From Gonapodya sp. JEL0774 (Eukaryota), in assembly GCA_027604505.1 (NCBI GenBank), contig JADIIX010000012.1, positions 124,001 through 188,000 of the forward strand: a DNA stretch of 64,000 bases, read 5' to 3'. The notes beneath the pieces were generated by a model, which was not told the origin of the DNA, made no database searches, and saw only the letters and a program-made list of their open reading frames with translations. Below, in pieces: positions 46,897 through 58,437 of the stretch (the first letter of the stretch is position 1; each line of letters starts with the position of its first letter). A program made the translations under genes and the position numbers.

Positions 46897-49800
46897 TCAA
46901 CGCAGAATAACATCTTGCTGAAATTTTGAGGTTCCCATTGTCGGAATCCCAACTACATGAGCATAGTGTATCAAATCTGCATCATCTGTCACCAAATTCA
47001 CCCGCAGTCCACTGTGATGATGCACTCCAGCCGCTGACACCGAAGCTCCATATGTGTCCGCGTACCACGCACTACACGCCAAGATGCTACGATATGATTT
47101 GGGCACAGTTTTTATCTCCTCTCCGGCGGCGTTCACAAAGACACCACGGCCGGATTCTACAAGTTTCCAGTCAAGCGTCTTGCTCTCAAATACCTTTTGG
47201 GATCGCAGCGCAGCCTTTGCGTGACCGGAGCGGAGAAGGACCTGGCGCTGCTCGATGAACCGTATAGCCTCGCGGGCATGAGCATTTTCCTTTTCGTTGC
47301 CCTTTTTAAGCACATCCAAGTCGTCGATGACTACCACGTATTCAAACGACGAAAGTTCAGTTGCAAGCGGACGAGAGACCACAATGAACCAACGGCTAGG
47401 AACCCACCCGCCATGGAAAGTACCATCACAACCTTACCGCTTGCAACCCATCGACGAATCAAAGGCATGCGGTTTACGAACACATCTGTCGCCAGTACAG
47501 CAAGCGCCGGTTCATTGGCAATAGCTTTCTCAAGTTGATCAACTTGATCACGCAAACGCTCAGTTGCAAGCCGGCGAGAGAGTTTGTGAAGGCCTTGTCT
47601 CTGATGAAATGTGAAATCATCATCATTGTCCAAGGGGGGTCCGTATCTTTGAAGGAAAGTGCACTCACCCTCATTTCCTCGTCCATGACGACTAACTTAT
47701 CGTCTTGCTGGTCGTACTTGAGCTCCAATTTCTTTCCTCACAAAATTTTGGGGATTGTTGAGAAACTCGGAATATCCACATCATCAACCAATAACCTACG
47801 TCATCCCGCACCATCCTCATCGCCATCCCCCGAATGCGAATTAACCTCCTTTCAAGATAATCTCTTCCTGCCCCTTCTGGCACTGTCCCATCGTCCACCA
47901 GGATTCGCACTAGCGCTTCGTGTGGAAACTTGGCACAGTAAGATAGAAACTGAGTGGACCCAAGATAGTCCACATCTTCTGGGATAGGACCATCCATCTC
48001 AAGACTAAGGTAACTCGGCGGAATGTGATTGAGCAAAGAAGCTAGAGAACGCAAAAAGGAGAGTCGAATCTACGTTATGACAAAGGTTTAGTGACATTGA
48101 GTGGAAGAGGTTTTGTGAATGCGAACACATTTCCCACTGACCTTAGCGACCACCGCGCCCCCTTCCTTGCCTTCACCCCACCCGGCCCACCCAGTGTAGC
48201 CCTGCGCAATCTGTAGAACCTCTCCATTCCCTTCCACACCCAGCCACGTTGCCACGACAGCGACGGGTGACAGCATTTCCAACGGTGCCGTATGGCTTTC
48301 TCCGTCCGATTCGACCTGCACCTGCAAATCGTTTCCCCGCTGGTTCGGACTTTTGTCGGGCTGTTCTTCCAACCCTGTGAGGATGGAGACGGACCCTTCG
48401 AGGACTGGCACAATGTCGGGAAAGATCGACGCGAGGTCGAGGCAAAGGTCGGCTGCGCGGAATATTAGGAGAGTGGTCATGGATTGGAGGAATCGGATTG
48501 TTTGTTTTGTGGGGATGTCGACTGGGTCCAAGTGGTGAGGGGTGCAAGCATTGTGAGTCCGAAATCCTGCCTCTCAGACTGTTCCGGTCTTCCCATGCGA
48601 CAACCCACCGGTCTCCTTGAACCTAGTACCCAGTTCTCCAATCGCTACCATATAAATCGCCACTATTTTTTTCACCGCCAGCGCTCGCCACCTTCTATCG
48701 GCTTCCTCGACTGGTATAGGGCCTCGCACGAGAAAATCTAGTGCACTGAGGGCTGCATCAAAGAGGAGACGGATTTCTCTAGAGCGTGGGTAGGCATGAT
48801 ATAGCCGTGAATGAAGGAGACGGCCGCCGCAGAATACAAATTTTGCGGCGAAGCACTTACTCTGTCGGAGTTGCGGCGTAGTTCACCAATGCTCGGTGCA
48901 CATTAAGGAGCCGTGCGACAGCAGAGTCGTAAGACATTCTTTGAGGAATAAACGATTTCGATGTGGTGGGAAGAAACACGGTCAGCACGCTGTCCCAAAA
49001 CCGCTCGACTATCGCCCCGGTGCGCGTCCACGTTTTCCATCCCCCACCCGAGCACAAAGCACTTCGCCAAGTTACACAGGAAGGCGCCTACGTCCGTATC
49101 CGATCACATGCACAAACTCACTCTCCATTCGCCTTTCCGATGATTTCTTCACCGTGAGAGAGGTAAAATGCATTAAGATTCTCCTTGCCCTGGGACACGG
49201 AGTTCAGCATTGTGGAACTTGGTCACGATATAGTCGTCACGTGTCGGGTGAGGAGGCGTGAAGAAAATAGTTTGCGAAAGAATCGCAGCGACGACCAAAA
49301 TGAGCCCGTGAAAAGTACAATTCGCGGCATTCAAAATCGTGGTAGGCCCACCGCCAACAATCAAACCAGGGACATGGAGAGGTCATGAGCACGTCGTGTT
49401 TCTCAAGTCCATCGTTCAAACCCTCAAGCCCCCATAATCGCCGCCCACCTCAAGCCGTTCCAATACGCCACATCCAGGTCATCGTTGTAATACCCTGCCA
49501 CGATCCCCAGCTGGGCGCATGCCTTGCTCGATCCAGGCATGACGAGGAGTGCGCGGCGGTAAAGGGCGCGAGGAGGGTACCAAGTTTGCAATGACGGGGG
49601 CAGGAGGAGGTGGCGGTATCGTGCTGCAAGGTTCAATGGGTGACGAAGGAAGTCGTTCGTGAGTATTTAGAAAGCTATCAAGCAGAGAGGAAACGTACCC
49701 AGATCGCCCAAGTAAATCAGCGTTCTGTGTACGGTATCAAGAGCGGATTGGAGAGGGTCCCGCGTTTTACGGGCCATTATAGTCGTTGGGGGGGCTTTCA

Positions 49801-51047
49801 TCGGCGATGCGGCACCAGTCCCCGTTGAACGGGCTGTCCCGCCAACGCTTGTCGGACCCTGCTTCGCCGGCGACTGTAGCATATGTCCCACGCCACTTCC
49901 TGGCACCAAGTCAGCCTGCTTAGAGGGACTCTGTGGTCCCTTGAACAAGTCCTCGACCTGCTCCGGTTGCTGTCGTTGCAAACCGGCTCGCTCACTCCAC
50001 CGGGCCACCCCTACCGTGCACAGGGCCTCCATGCCACCGTCGAGGCCAGCACGTAGACGGACAGATTGGATGAGCGATTGGTAAAAGAACGTGGCGTGAT
50101 CGATGTGGGCAAGGAGTAAGGTGTTGGAGGGAGCGTTCGGGATCTGGGGTTTCTGTCGGTGCCAGCGTGTGAATATGTGGGTGAAGCGGCAAAGAAGATG
50201 AGAGACATATTGTGCAGAGTACTACGGAAACGGGAATCTTCTGGGCTCAAACGGAGTGCATTCCATGGTGCTAAACCAATGACAGAACAGAACAGCACGA
50301 TCTCAGAGAGTACGATTGCCATACGACCTGTTCGCACCTCACGTTGTTGGGTTTGCACTATGACCCTGGCGACAAACACTCAGTCGGAAAGGCATATCAT
50401 GCCACCCCCAATTGAGCGAGTGACACAACCTCACATATGTTCCAATCTACCCAGCCCTTGGATGCACTGCTAATCACCCCGGTATCACCAGCGTCTCACA
50501 TTTCTGTTAACCGCCCTCAGTTCCTCCACCCGCTGATAAAACACGGCAGCCCACAACCTTTCCTCCACGTTTTTGGCTTCTGCACCGTGAGGATCTGAGA
50601 GGATGAGATCTTCGTAAAGAGATTCAAGGCTGTGAGGTGGGGATAAGTGTGGTGGTGGGAGGTCGTGCGAGGTAGTGTCAGTCGATGGGCTGGACGACGT
50701 TTGTGGTTGCTCCTTGGGCGCAGAGCACAAAAATCTTTAAACGCACACAACTCTAGATTCATTCAATTGCGCAAGGAGAGGATCATCTGGTGGGGCCGGC
50801 GCCTTTTTGCCAGTACTTTGAGACTGGGCACGGATGCGGCCTTCCAAATCTCTGAGCCTGGTTTCTTCTGCTAGCGCATCCCTGAGAAATTTGGTGACGA
50901 GGTAAGAGACAAGCAGTAGTGCAATAGATCGAGTAGGGGAACGAAAGGGAATCACGATTGGAAATTGATGGTGATGTGACCAAGTCAGTTATTCAGCGAA
51001 CGGTACCTCCATAATGTCTGGACCATATGCGATTTGATATCTGCCAT
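46897..51047 (-). CDS. EST1/SMG5-SMG6 family protein: 14-3-3-like TPR domain plus C-terminal PIN domain (NMD/telomerase factor)
   Basis: YEDLILSD..VEERLWAAVFYQRVEELR, HRTLIYLGDL|ARYR..YRRALLVMP..AQLGIVA. PIN: VIDDLDVLKKG..AREAIRFIE, ILAC, VNLVTDDADL. ATG at 51047 (MADIKSHMVQTLWR) splices in phase. Confidence 0.85.
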
Positions 51048-51379
51048 TGAACTTTTGTCAAATGCTGCTATCGATTCTCATTCATCGTGATAGAATTCGG
51101 ACAATCATGTTATGCAAAACTTCTGCTTTTGGATGCTGCCCATGCATGAGTCTGCTGCACCCCGATCAAATCGTTCATGTTGCGCAACCCGCTCGATTAT
51201 TAGCTTACACGTATGAATAATGGTTTTGACGGCTGAAATTACCAGATCTATAACGAATTTTCTCCTTAGTACCCGCCAGGAAACAGGTGCAAGAACGACG
51301 CGATGGGGGGAAACACTGAGACATCGCGTTCCGTCCAACGGCTTCCCGTGAGTCTTATTGTCGCGTCACTCTCCCTCTC

Positions 51380-53569
51380 ATGAGGTATTCACCACTTGGC
51401 GCACTCCGCCTTTCTCCACAATCCCCACCACCAAACCACGCCCAGCACGAACTCTTGTCCGCCATCGTCTCCCACCTGCACCCGCTGCACGACGCCCACA
51501 CGCTTAAATCCCTCTGTCTGACGTCATCCTCACTCTCCTCCATTGCCCAACCTCTGCTGTGGTCAGTTCTGCCCAATCTCGATCCCCTCAGACTCGCAAG
51601 ATTTGTCTCTTTTGTGACCTCCCACCCGGCGTATCTTCACCCCCATCCGGATTCCAATCGCACCTCTCTGAACCCCTTACCACCTACGCCACCAGAATTA
51701 ACAAGCACTTCACCAGTTTTGCGGTCCTCTCAAAACCCTTTTATGCACATAAAATCTCTCGTCTTAGCCGGACTCTTCCACCAACATAATGTATCCCACC
51801 TCGCCCACCTCTTAAAGCTATTCCGCCGCTTGCACGTGAATCTCACCTCACTCGATCTCTCCGCTGCAAACCCGGGCTTGTACAACTTCCGTTGGGGCAA
51901 CACAAATGATTTTGCGCTTCACCGCATCGTGCGGGCATGTTTGCCGTCCTTGAGATCACTTGCACTCCCCCTGACCCACCCGGGTCCCGATCTCCTTCCC
52001 ATCCGGACACTAATCAGCGCACTCGCGGCGTCTGCTGTAGGAGCGAGCGTCACGCAAGTCGACGCGGTAGCTTCCCCAGTGACAACGTCTCTCCCCAACA
52101 CCGGTGTCCAAGCGCATGTCGGCGTCAGCCCACCTTCAATCACACCCTCCCCGACATCTCCGCCTCCCCCACCACACCCCTTTCACAAACTGTCCTCTCT
52201 TTCTCTTCCGTGCACCATTTCCCCCGACTCAGCGTCGCTCCTCTTCTCCGCATTATTTTCAGCACTACCGTCATCCTCTCCTTCCCTCCGCCACCTCACG
52301 ATCGCATTCCATCCTCCACACCCCTCCACTCTTTTGTTCCCTCACTCCACCACCGCCACTCTAATTGCTCCAGTTGTTCAAGACCAGCTCTCGCCTCCCT
52401 CAACCCCAACAATTGCTGTCTCCTTACCACGCCTCTTATCACTCACACTCAACTTCTCCCCCCTCTCCGGTCCGTATACGTCCTCTTCCACGTTCACCCC
52501 CGCACTCATATCGACCTCTGTCTCCTCCTTGCTCAACCAGCTTCCCCTCACCTCCTGCGCAACTCTCCGTATCCTTCACCTCGCCATCACCACCCTATAC
52601 GCGGTCGAGGTGGTATCGTCGCATTTTGGAATAGGAAGCTTTGGTAATACTGGGTCGGAAATGGCTTTTATGGAAGACATAGTGGATCTGGAACTCTTGA
52701 AACGAGTCGTTGGACAAACTTTGAGGGAACTCGACCTCGAGGGCACCGTCGCAGGGTACAATACAGTGCGAGCACTGTTTGCAGGAGTGTACAGAGGTGT
52801 TGTTGGCCGTGCCGATTCGACGGACACGGATGACGACAACGTCGACCTTCCCGATGACATCCCTTTCCCCTCCCTCACCCATCTCCGGCTCGACCTCTCA
52901 CACTCTCCACTCACCCTCATTGACCCCTTTCAAAAACCCCTTTCTTCCTTTTCGACGCTGGTTCGACAGCTAAGGGCGTTACGCTCCCTCGAGATGTGGG
53001 TCCCGGATCAACAGGTACAACATGGAGTGGCAAATCTTGGTGGGGCAGGGAGTGGTAATGCACAAGGAGTTGCGGTCGGGGTAGTGGAGGTGGTGGGCGG
53101 TACTGCAAGTGGGAGGTTTCACCTGCACCTCCATATAACACAACATTCCTCACCGCTTAGCTTATCCGCACATTCTGTGCAAATAGCAGGGTTATTTCCA
53201 TTGCCGCCACTCACTGACCACTCAAGTTTGACGCGCACTGGTGACTCCGTCTGCTCCACCACAACCACCATTGCCCCAACCATGGTCTCGCCACTACAGT
53301 ATTCCGTCCGCCACCTCACTCTTCACGCCCCCCAACCCCTTCGCCTCGACTCTATCACTATTCTCACAGACTCGCTGGCGCTCTTCCCACTCTGCCGCAC
53401 CTTTTCTGTGTTCGAGATACCTAGGGGTCGCGGAGTTGAGTCGGAAGGATATACATGGACTGGAGAAATTGAATTGAGAGATATCGTGCGCCGGCGCTGG
53501 CCAGATGCCGAGAGGATCGGTGGTTACGTTTTCGCGAGGGAGGAAGTGCGGGCAATGGGGGGTTTGTAA
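51380..53569 (+). CDS. Intronless 729-aa F-box-like / degenerate LRR protein
   Basis: Single long ORF. N-terminal HELLSAIVSHL..LKSLCLTSSSLSSIAQPLLW resembles an F-box. Repeated LxxLxL units (LTSLDLS, LRSLALP, LRHLTI, LRELDLE, FPSLTHLRLD, LRSLEM). Confidence 0.72.
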   Translation: MRYSPLGALRLSPQSPPPNHAQHELLSAIVSHLHPLHDAHTLKSLCLTSSSLSSIAQPLLWSVLPNLDPLRLARFVSFVTSHPAYLHPHPDSNRTSLNPLPPTPPELTSTSPVLRSSQNPFMHIKSLVLAGLFHQHNVSHLAHLLKLFRRLHVNLTSLDLSAANPGLYNFRWGNTNDFALHRIVRACLPSLRSLALPLTHPGPDLLPIRTLISALAASAVGASVTQVDAVASPVTTSLPNTGVQAHVGVSPPSITPSPTSPPPPPHPFHKLSSLSLPCTISPDSASLLFSALFSALPSSSPSLRHLTIAFHPPHPSTLLFPHSTTATLIAPVVQDQLSPPSTPTIAVSLPRLLSLTLNFSPLSGPYTSSSTFTPALISTSVSSLLNQLPLTSCATLRILHLAITTLYAVEVVSSHFGIGSFGNTGSEMAFMEDIVDLELLKRVVGQTLRELDLEGTVAGYNTVRALFAGVYRGVVGRADSTDTDDDNVDLPDDIPFPSLTHLRLDLSHSPLTLIDPFQKPLSSFSTLVRQLRALRSLEMWVPDQQVQHGVANLGGAGSGNAQGVAVGVVEVVGGTASGRFHLHLHITQHSSPLSLSAHSVQIAGLFPLPPLTDHSSLTRTGDSVCSTTTTIAPTMVSPLQYSVRHLTLHAPQPLRLDSITILTDSLALFPLCRTFSVFEIPRGRGVESEGYTWTGEIELRDIVRRRWPDAERIGGYVFAREEVRAMGGL

Positions 53570-53740
53570 AATGGCATCAATGTATTGCATCACCAGCATC
53601 AACCAATAGAAAATTGAAAAGAAACATCATGTGGGGTCATTGGGTCTGATGATCGTGTGTCACTCGCCATATACAAACAAGAGCAGAGCAGAAAAGAGAT
53701 ACCATATTTTTAGTTGCATTAACAGAATTGGCAGTCCACT

Positions 53741-56700
53741 ATGCTTTCGAATCTCCAGCGACTCCAGACGTACGAATTCAATTTGAATGTGCCTGGCACT
53801 TCCCTGCCGGATTTCTTCTCACGTTCACGACTTCTTCCCTTCCCCCATCACAGAGACCAAACCAATGTTCGTAATCTCTGCATCTTGGCCCACGTCGACC
53901 ACGGGAAAACCACTCTCTCGGACCGTCTCATCGCCACCAATGGAATCATTTCGTCCAAATTGGCCGGAAAGATTCGATATTTGGATTCGAGGGAGGACGA
54001 ACAGATAAGGGGGATCACAATGAAGTCCTCCGGCATTTCGCTCTACTTCAAGGTCGTTTCGGGAGTGGCGGGGAAAGAACAAAAGGAGACAACCACGGTG
54101 GACAATGGGAGTGTGGAAGGAGATGCAGGAGCAAACCCTCCACCCCCGCCTCCTCCTGCTCCCCCGATGAGAGAATTTCTCATCAACCTCATTGACTCGC
54201 CCGGCCACGTTGATTTTTCGAGCGAAGTGAGCACAGCGTCGAGATTGTGTGATGGCGCGCTGGTGTTGGTAGACGTGGTGGAAGGTGTGCAGACGCAAGT
54301 GAGTTGTGTTCGTCTCTGTCAGCAACATGCACGCATATGCGAAGCCCATAAGACCGTTCGCTGTCTCACGAAATACCACGCTACAGACCCACACCGTGCT
54401 TCGCCAAGCGTGGGAGGAAACACTACGGCCGGTTCTGGTGTTGAACAAGATTGACCGACTGGTTACAGAGCTCAAAATGACCACGGTAGAGGCGGCAGCC
54501 CGATTGGCGCAAATTGTGGAACGTGTGAATGCCATTGTGGGCGGGTTCTTCCAGGCCGAGAAGCAGAAGAGAATGAATAGGAAGGCGGGTTGGGAGAGCT
54601 TCGGGCCAGGGGACTTGATAGCGGGTGAGGGTGATCATTCGGACGGAAACAACAAGCAAAATGAACGTGAAGCAGTGGAGAATGGGAGCGGGAACGACAC
54701 AGAGGACGATTACGTAGAGGATGCGGACGAAGACGATACGGACTTGTACTTCTCGCCCGAGCAAGGGAACGTCGTGTTTGCGAGCGCGACTGACGGGTGG
54801 GCGTTCCGGTGAGCTGGCCATCGCATTCTGTGGCTTCACACGACGAGCCTGTTCCCCTGAACTTCTGCATTTGCAAAACAAATCTCCTAAATAATTGCAC
54901 CAGCCTCTCACACTTTTCCCGACTCTATGCCTCTCGTCTCAAACTCAATGAACGTCATCTCCTACGCCATCTGTGGGGAGATTTCTATCTTGACCCGAAA
55001 ACAAGACGCGTGCTCTCTCCGAGGCACCTCCGAGGTAGACAGCTCAAGCCCATGTTTGCGCAGTTTGTGCTCGACAACGTATGGGCGGTTTATGATGCAG
55101 TGCTGGTGAATCAGTGAGGAGTTTGGGGTGGTCCGAGGGGTGCACAACTTCTGCCGATATAACGAGTTAATTGTGTGACCACTGTTTTGCTTTGGTTCTC
55201 CCTCTCAATCACCTTCTTTCCCCAACCATTCCTGTCCCTCACTCAGTGACCGCGATCGCATCTCCAAGATTGCTGCCTCCCTCAATCTCAAACTGTCTCC
55301 GCGTGACCTCGCGTCGAAAGACCATCGCTCGCTTGCACAAACCCTGTTTTCCCAGTGGCTCCCCCTTTCATCAGCAGTTCTACTCGCCGCCGTCCAACTT
55401 GTCCCAGACCCACGGACCGCACAGAGGCTTCGCATGCCACCTTTACTCGGCACCGCCACTGAGTCGGTCAGTACAGCGCTCATGGCCTATGGTGTTGCAG
55501 GGAAAGAACTGGAGCTGCCGCCTGTTCCCGCAAGCGCGAGCAGATTGGAGCGAGCAGTGTGCGAATGTGATGATGGGCCGGAGTCTCCGGTTGTGGTTTA
55601 TGTGAGCAAGATGTTCCATGTGCCCAGGAGCATGATTGTAGAGGGTAAGCAGGCAGAAGCAGGGACGGCGGACGAACTGAGAGAGAGGAGGAGGGAGATT
55701 GCCAAGAGGAGAGAGATGGCGGAAAGGGCAGAATCCGGTGATGGTGTTTCCGCCGCTGGAAACGAAATCATTCTCCCGGAGGACTCTCGTACGGAAGAGA
55801 AAGGCGACGCTGTTGTTGCGTTTGCTCGGGTCTTTTCCGGAACCTTGCGTGCAGGCCAAACTGTTTTCGTTCTTGGCCCGAAATACAACCCCCGGAAACC
55901 TAACTCGGCTCACTACACCAAAGTAACGGTGGGGTCTCTTTATCTAATGATGGGACGTGAACTGCAAGAGTTGGACAGCGTTCCCGCTGGTAACATTTGT
56001 GGAATAGGAGGGTTGGATGCCGTCGTGCTGAAAACGGCCACCCTGTCAACAAGCCTTGATTGTCCGAGTCTGGGCCAACTCAAGATTGCTGCCCAACCAA
56101 TTTTGCGTGTTGCGGTGGAACCGACTGTTCCGGGGAGAGATTCGATGGCCAAGTTGGAGGAAGGTTTAAGGATTTTGAATCAGGCGGATCCAGTTGTGGA
56201 GGTCCTGGTACAAGAAACAGGCGAGCATATCATTGTTGCAGCGGGTGAATTGCATCTTGAGGTGGGTGGGACTTTTTCTGTATACGTTGCGTAAGTGTTG
56301 CTCCCATGTGCCATGAACATTTATGCTACAAACCATCCCAAACAGCGTTGTCTTAAGGATCTGAAGGAACGCTACGCGAAGATTGCTATTCGAGCGAGTG
56401 CACCCATTGTTCCGTTTCGAGAGACAATCGCGCCGATTCCCGCAGTACAGTATGGACTTCAAGTCACCCAAACGGACAAGAAGGCCGAAAATTCAGGTAG
56501 ATGTCGCATGCTGCTGTTCGCGTTACTGAAATATCACTGTCATTTTGATTTTACACAGTTGCAGTGGAGTCAGATGAATCTGAAGTCGACGAAGCAGTTT
56601 CGAGAAGCGAACCTTCTAGTACCCCGCATTCTACTCGTAGAAGGCCGCACGTTGAACGAGAACCGACTGCACCCTTGCCGCAAGGCACTGTTGTTGTCAT

Positions 56701-58344
56701 ATCACCCAATCATCAATGCTCAATTAGATTGAGGTGCCTTCCGCTCCCTCCAAGTGTGACGGACTTTTTGGTAGAAAACGCGCCTGTGATCAGATCCATT
56801 GTGGAACTACGAGGTTTGAAACGGAGGAAAGCCGATGTAGCAAACAGGCACTTGTCTGACAAGGAGTCTGCTCAAGATTTGGAAGCGTCCCTGCTCGAAG
56901 GCCTTAGGAAAGAGATGGACACTGCTTATCTCGAGGGTAAGGTGGTTGGAGGCATGGAGCGAGAGAGTTGGCTGGCGTTAGTTGACACTCTGTGGTCGTT
57001 TGGACCTCGAAAGATTGGGGCAAATATGCTTGTCAATCAAGTTAAAGGCTACAATCGACGAACGTGAGTGAAAATGGGATATGATTTACTTGTACATGGT
57101 GGACTCTGATAATCGGGCGGCATGCAGGTGGACAAATTCGCTGGACTCTTCCGTGAAGAAACGAAACATTTTCATGAGGGCTCAAGAGCTCACTTCATCT
57201 TCAGTTCACGAGTCTGAAACAGTTTCTCAAGCTGAGTCTAATGATACGGATGAACCGCAGCAAGGCGTGGGCCTGGAGGCAATCACCGCGGCATCGAATT
57301 CCGAGTACCAAAAGGACGAAGAATTACATTTGGGAATGGGTGACGTGGCGGAGAATAAACTCGGTCACACTCAGAGTGAACTTGGAATTAAAGACTTTGA
57401 GGGGAATCTTGAGACTGGATTCCAGCTTGCGGCGCTCAGCGGGCCATTATGCGCAGAACCGATGACGGGCTGCTGCTTTATTCTTGAAGAGTTCAAAGTA
57501 GCGTCAATTGGAACCGACGCCGAGGGTAAGCCTCCTTTCAGTTCTCCATTATGTTTTAAATATCTTGTCATGATATAACGACTCATTTCCAGGAAGTCGC
57601 AAAATTGCACTCGGAGGACATGTAATATCCACGATGAAAGAAAGCTGTCGACAAGCATTTCTACAGTGGTCACCTCGATTGGCGCTGGCCATGTATTCTT
57701 GTGAGATTCAATCAAACGGTGAGTTGGTGATTCGCATTTACCACTGACTGACTCGTGAAGTGACTTCTGTTTGTTGGTGCCCAAGCGGAGGTACTTGGTA
57801 AAGTCTATGCCGTGATTGCGAAGAGACGAGGGCGAATACTCTCAGAAGAACTCCAGGAAGACACAAGCTCTGACATCTTCACCATCAAAGCCACCTTACC
57901 TATATTCGAGAGCTTTGGTTTTGCAGATGGTGGGATTTATTTTTCCTTAACTGTCATATGATTGCTCGACATTTCCAATCGTTTAGACTTGCGAAAGCGA
58001 ACATCTGGCGCAGCAAATCCGCAGCTCATCTTTAGCGGGTGAGTTTCGTTGTCAACAACGGGTGTGCTCTATCATTTAGTTAACTTCTCTGCTAGCTACG
58101 AGGTTCTTGATCAAGACCCTTTCTGGGTACCAACTACTGAAGAGGAGCTAGAGGATTTAGGAGAAAAGGCGGAGAGGGAAAATCTTGCGAGACGTTACAT
58201 GGATGGTGTGAGGTCCCGCAAGGTGAGATCATTCCGTCAATGATTCAAGGATTTTATTGACCTATTGCATCATCCTAGGGTCTTTTTGTCGAAAAAAAGA
58301 TCGTAGAAAATCCAGATAAGCAAAAAACGCACAAACAGAAATAG
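53741..58344 (+). CDS. EFL1: Elongation factor-like GTPase 1 (60S maturation, eIF6 release)
   Basis: [129 protein letters not shown]. Confidence 0.96.
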
Positions 58345-58437
58345 ATTTTGTAAATTGATGGGGTCAGCGAGGATGAAAGGCCACCACAGCACGGTCCTGG
58401 TATTGCTGGAACCCAAGAACATCTGATTTGAGGAAAA

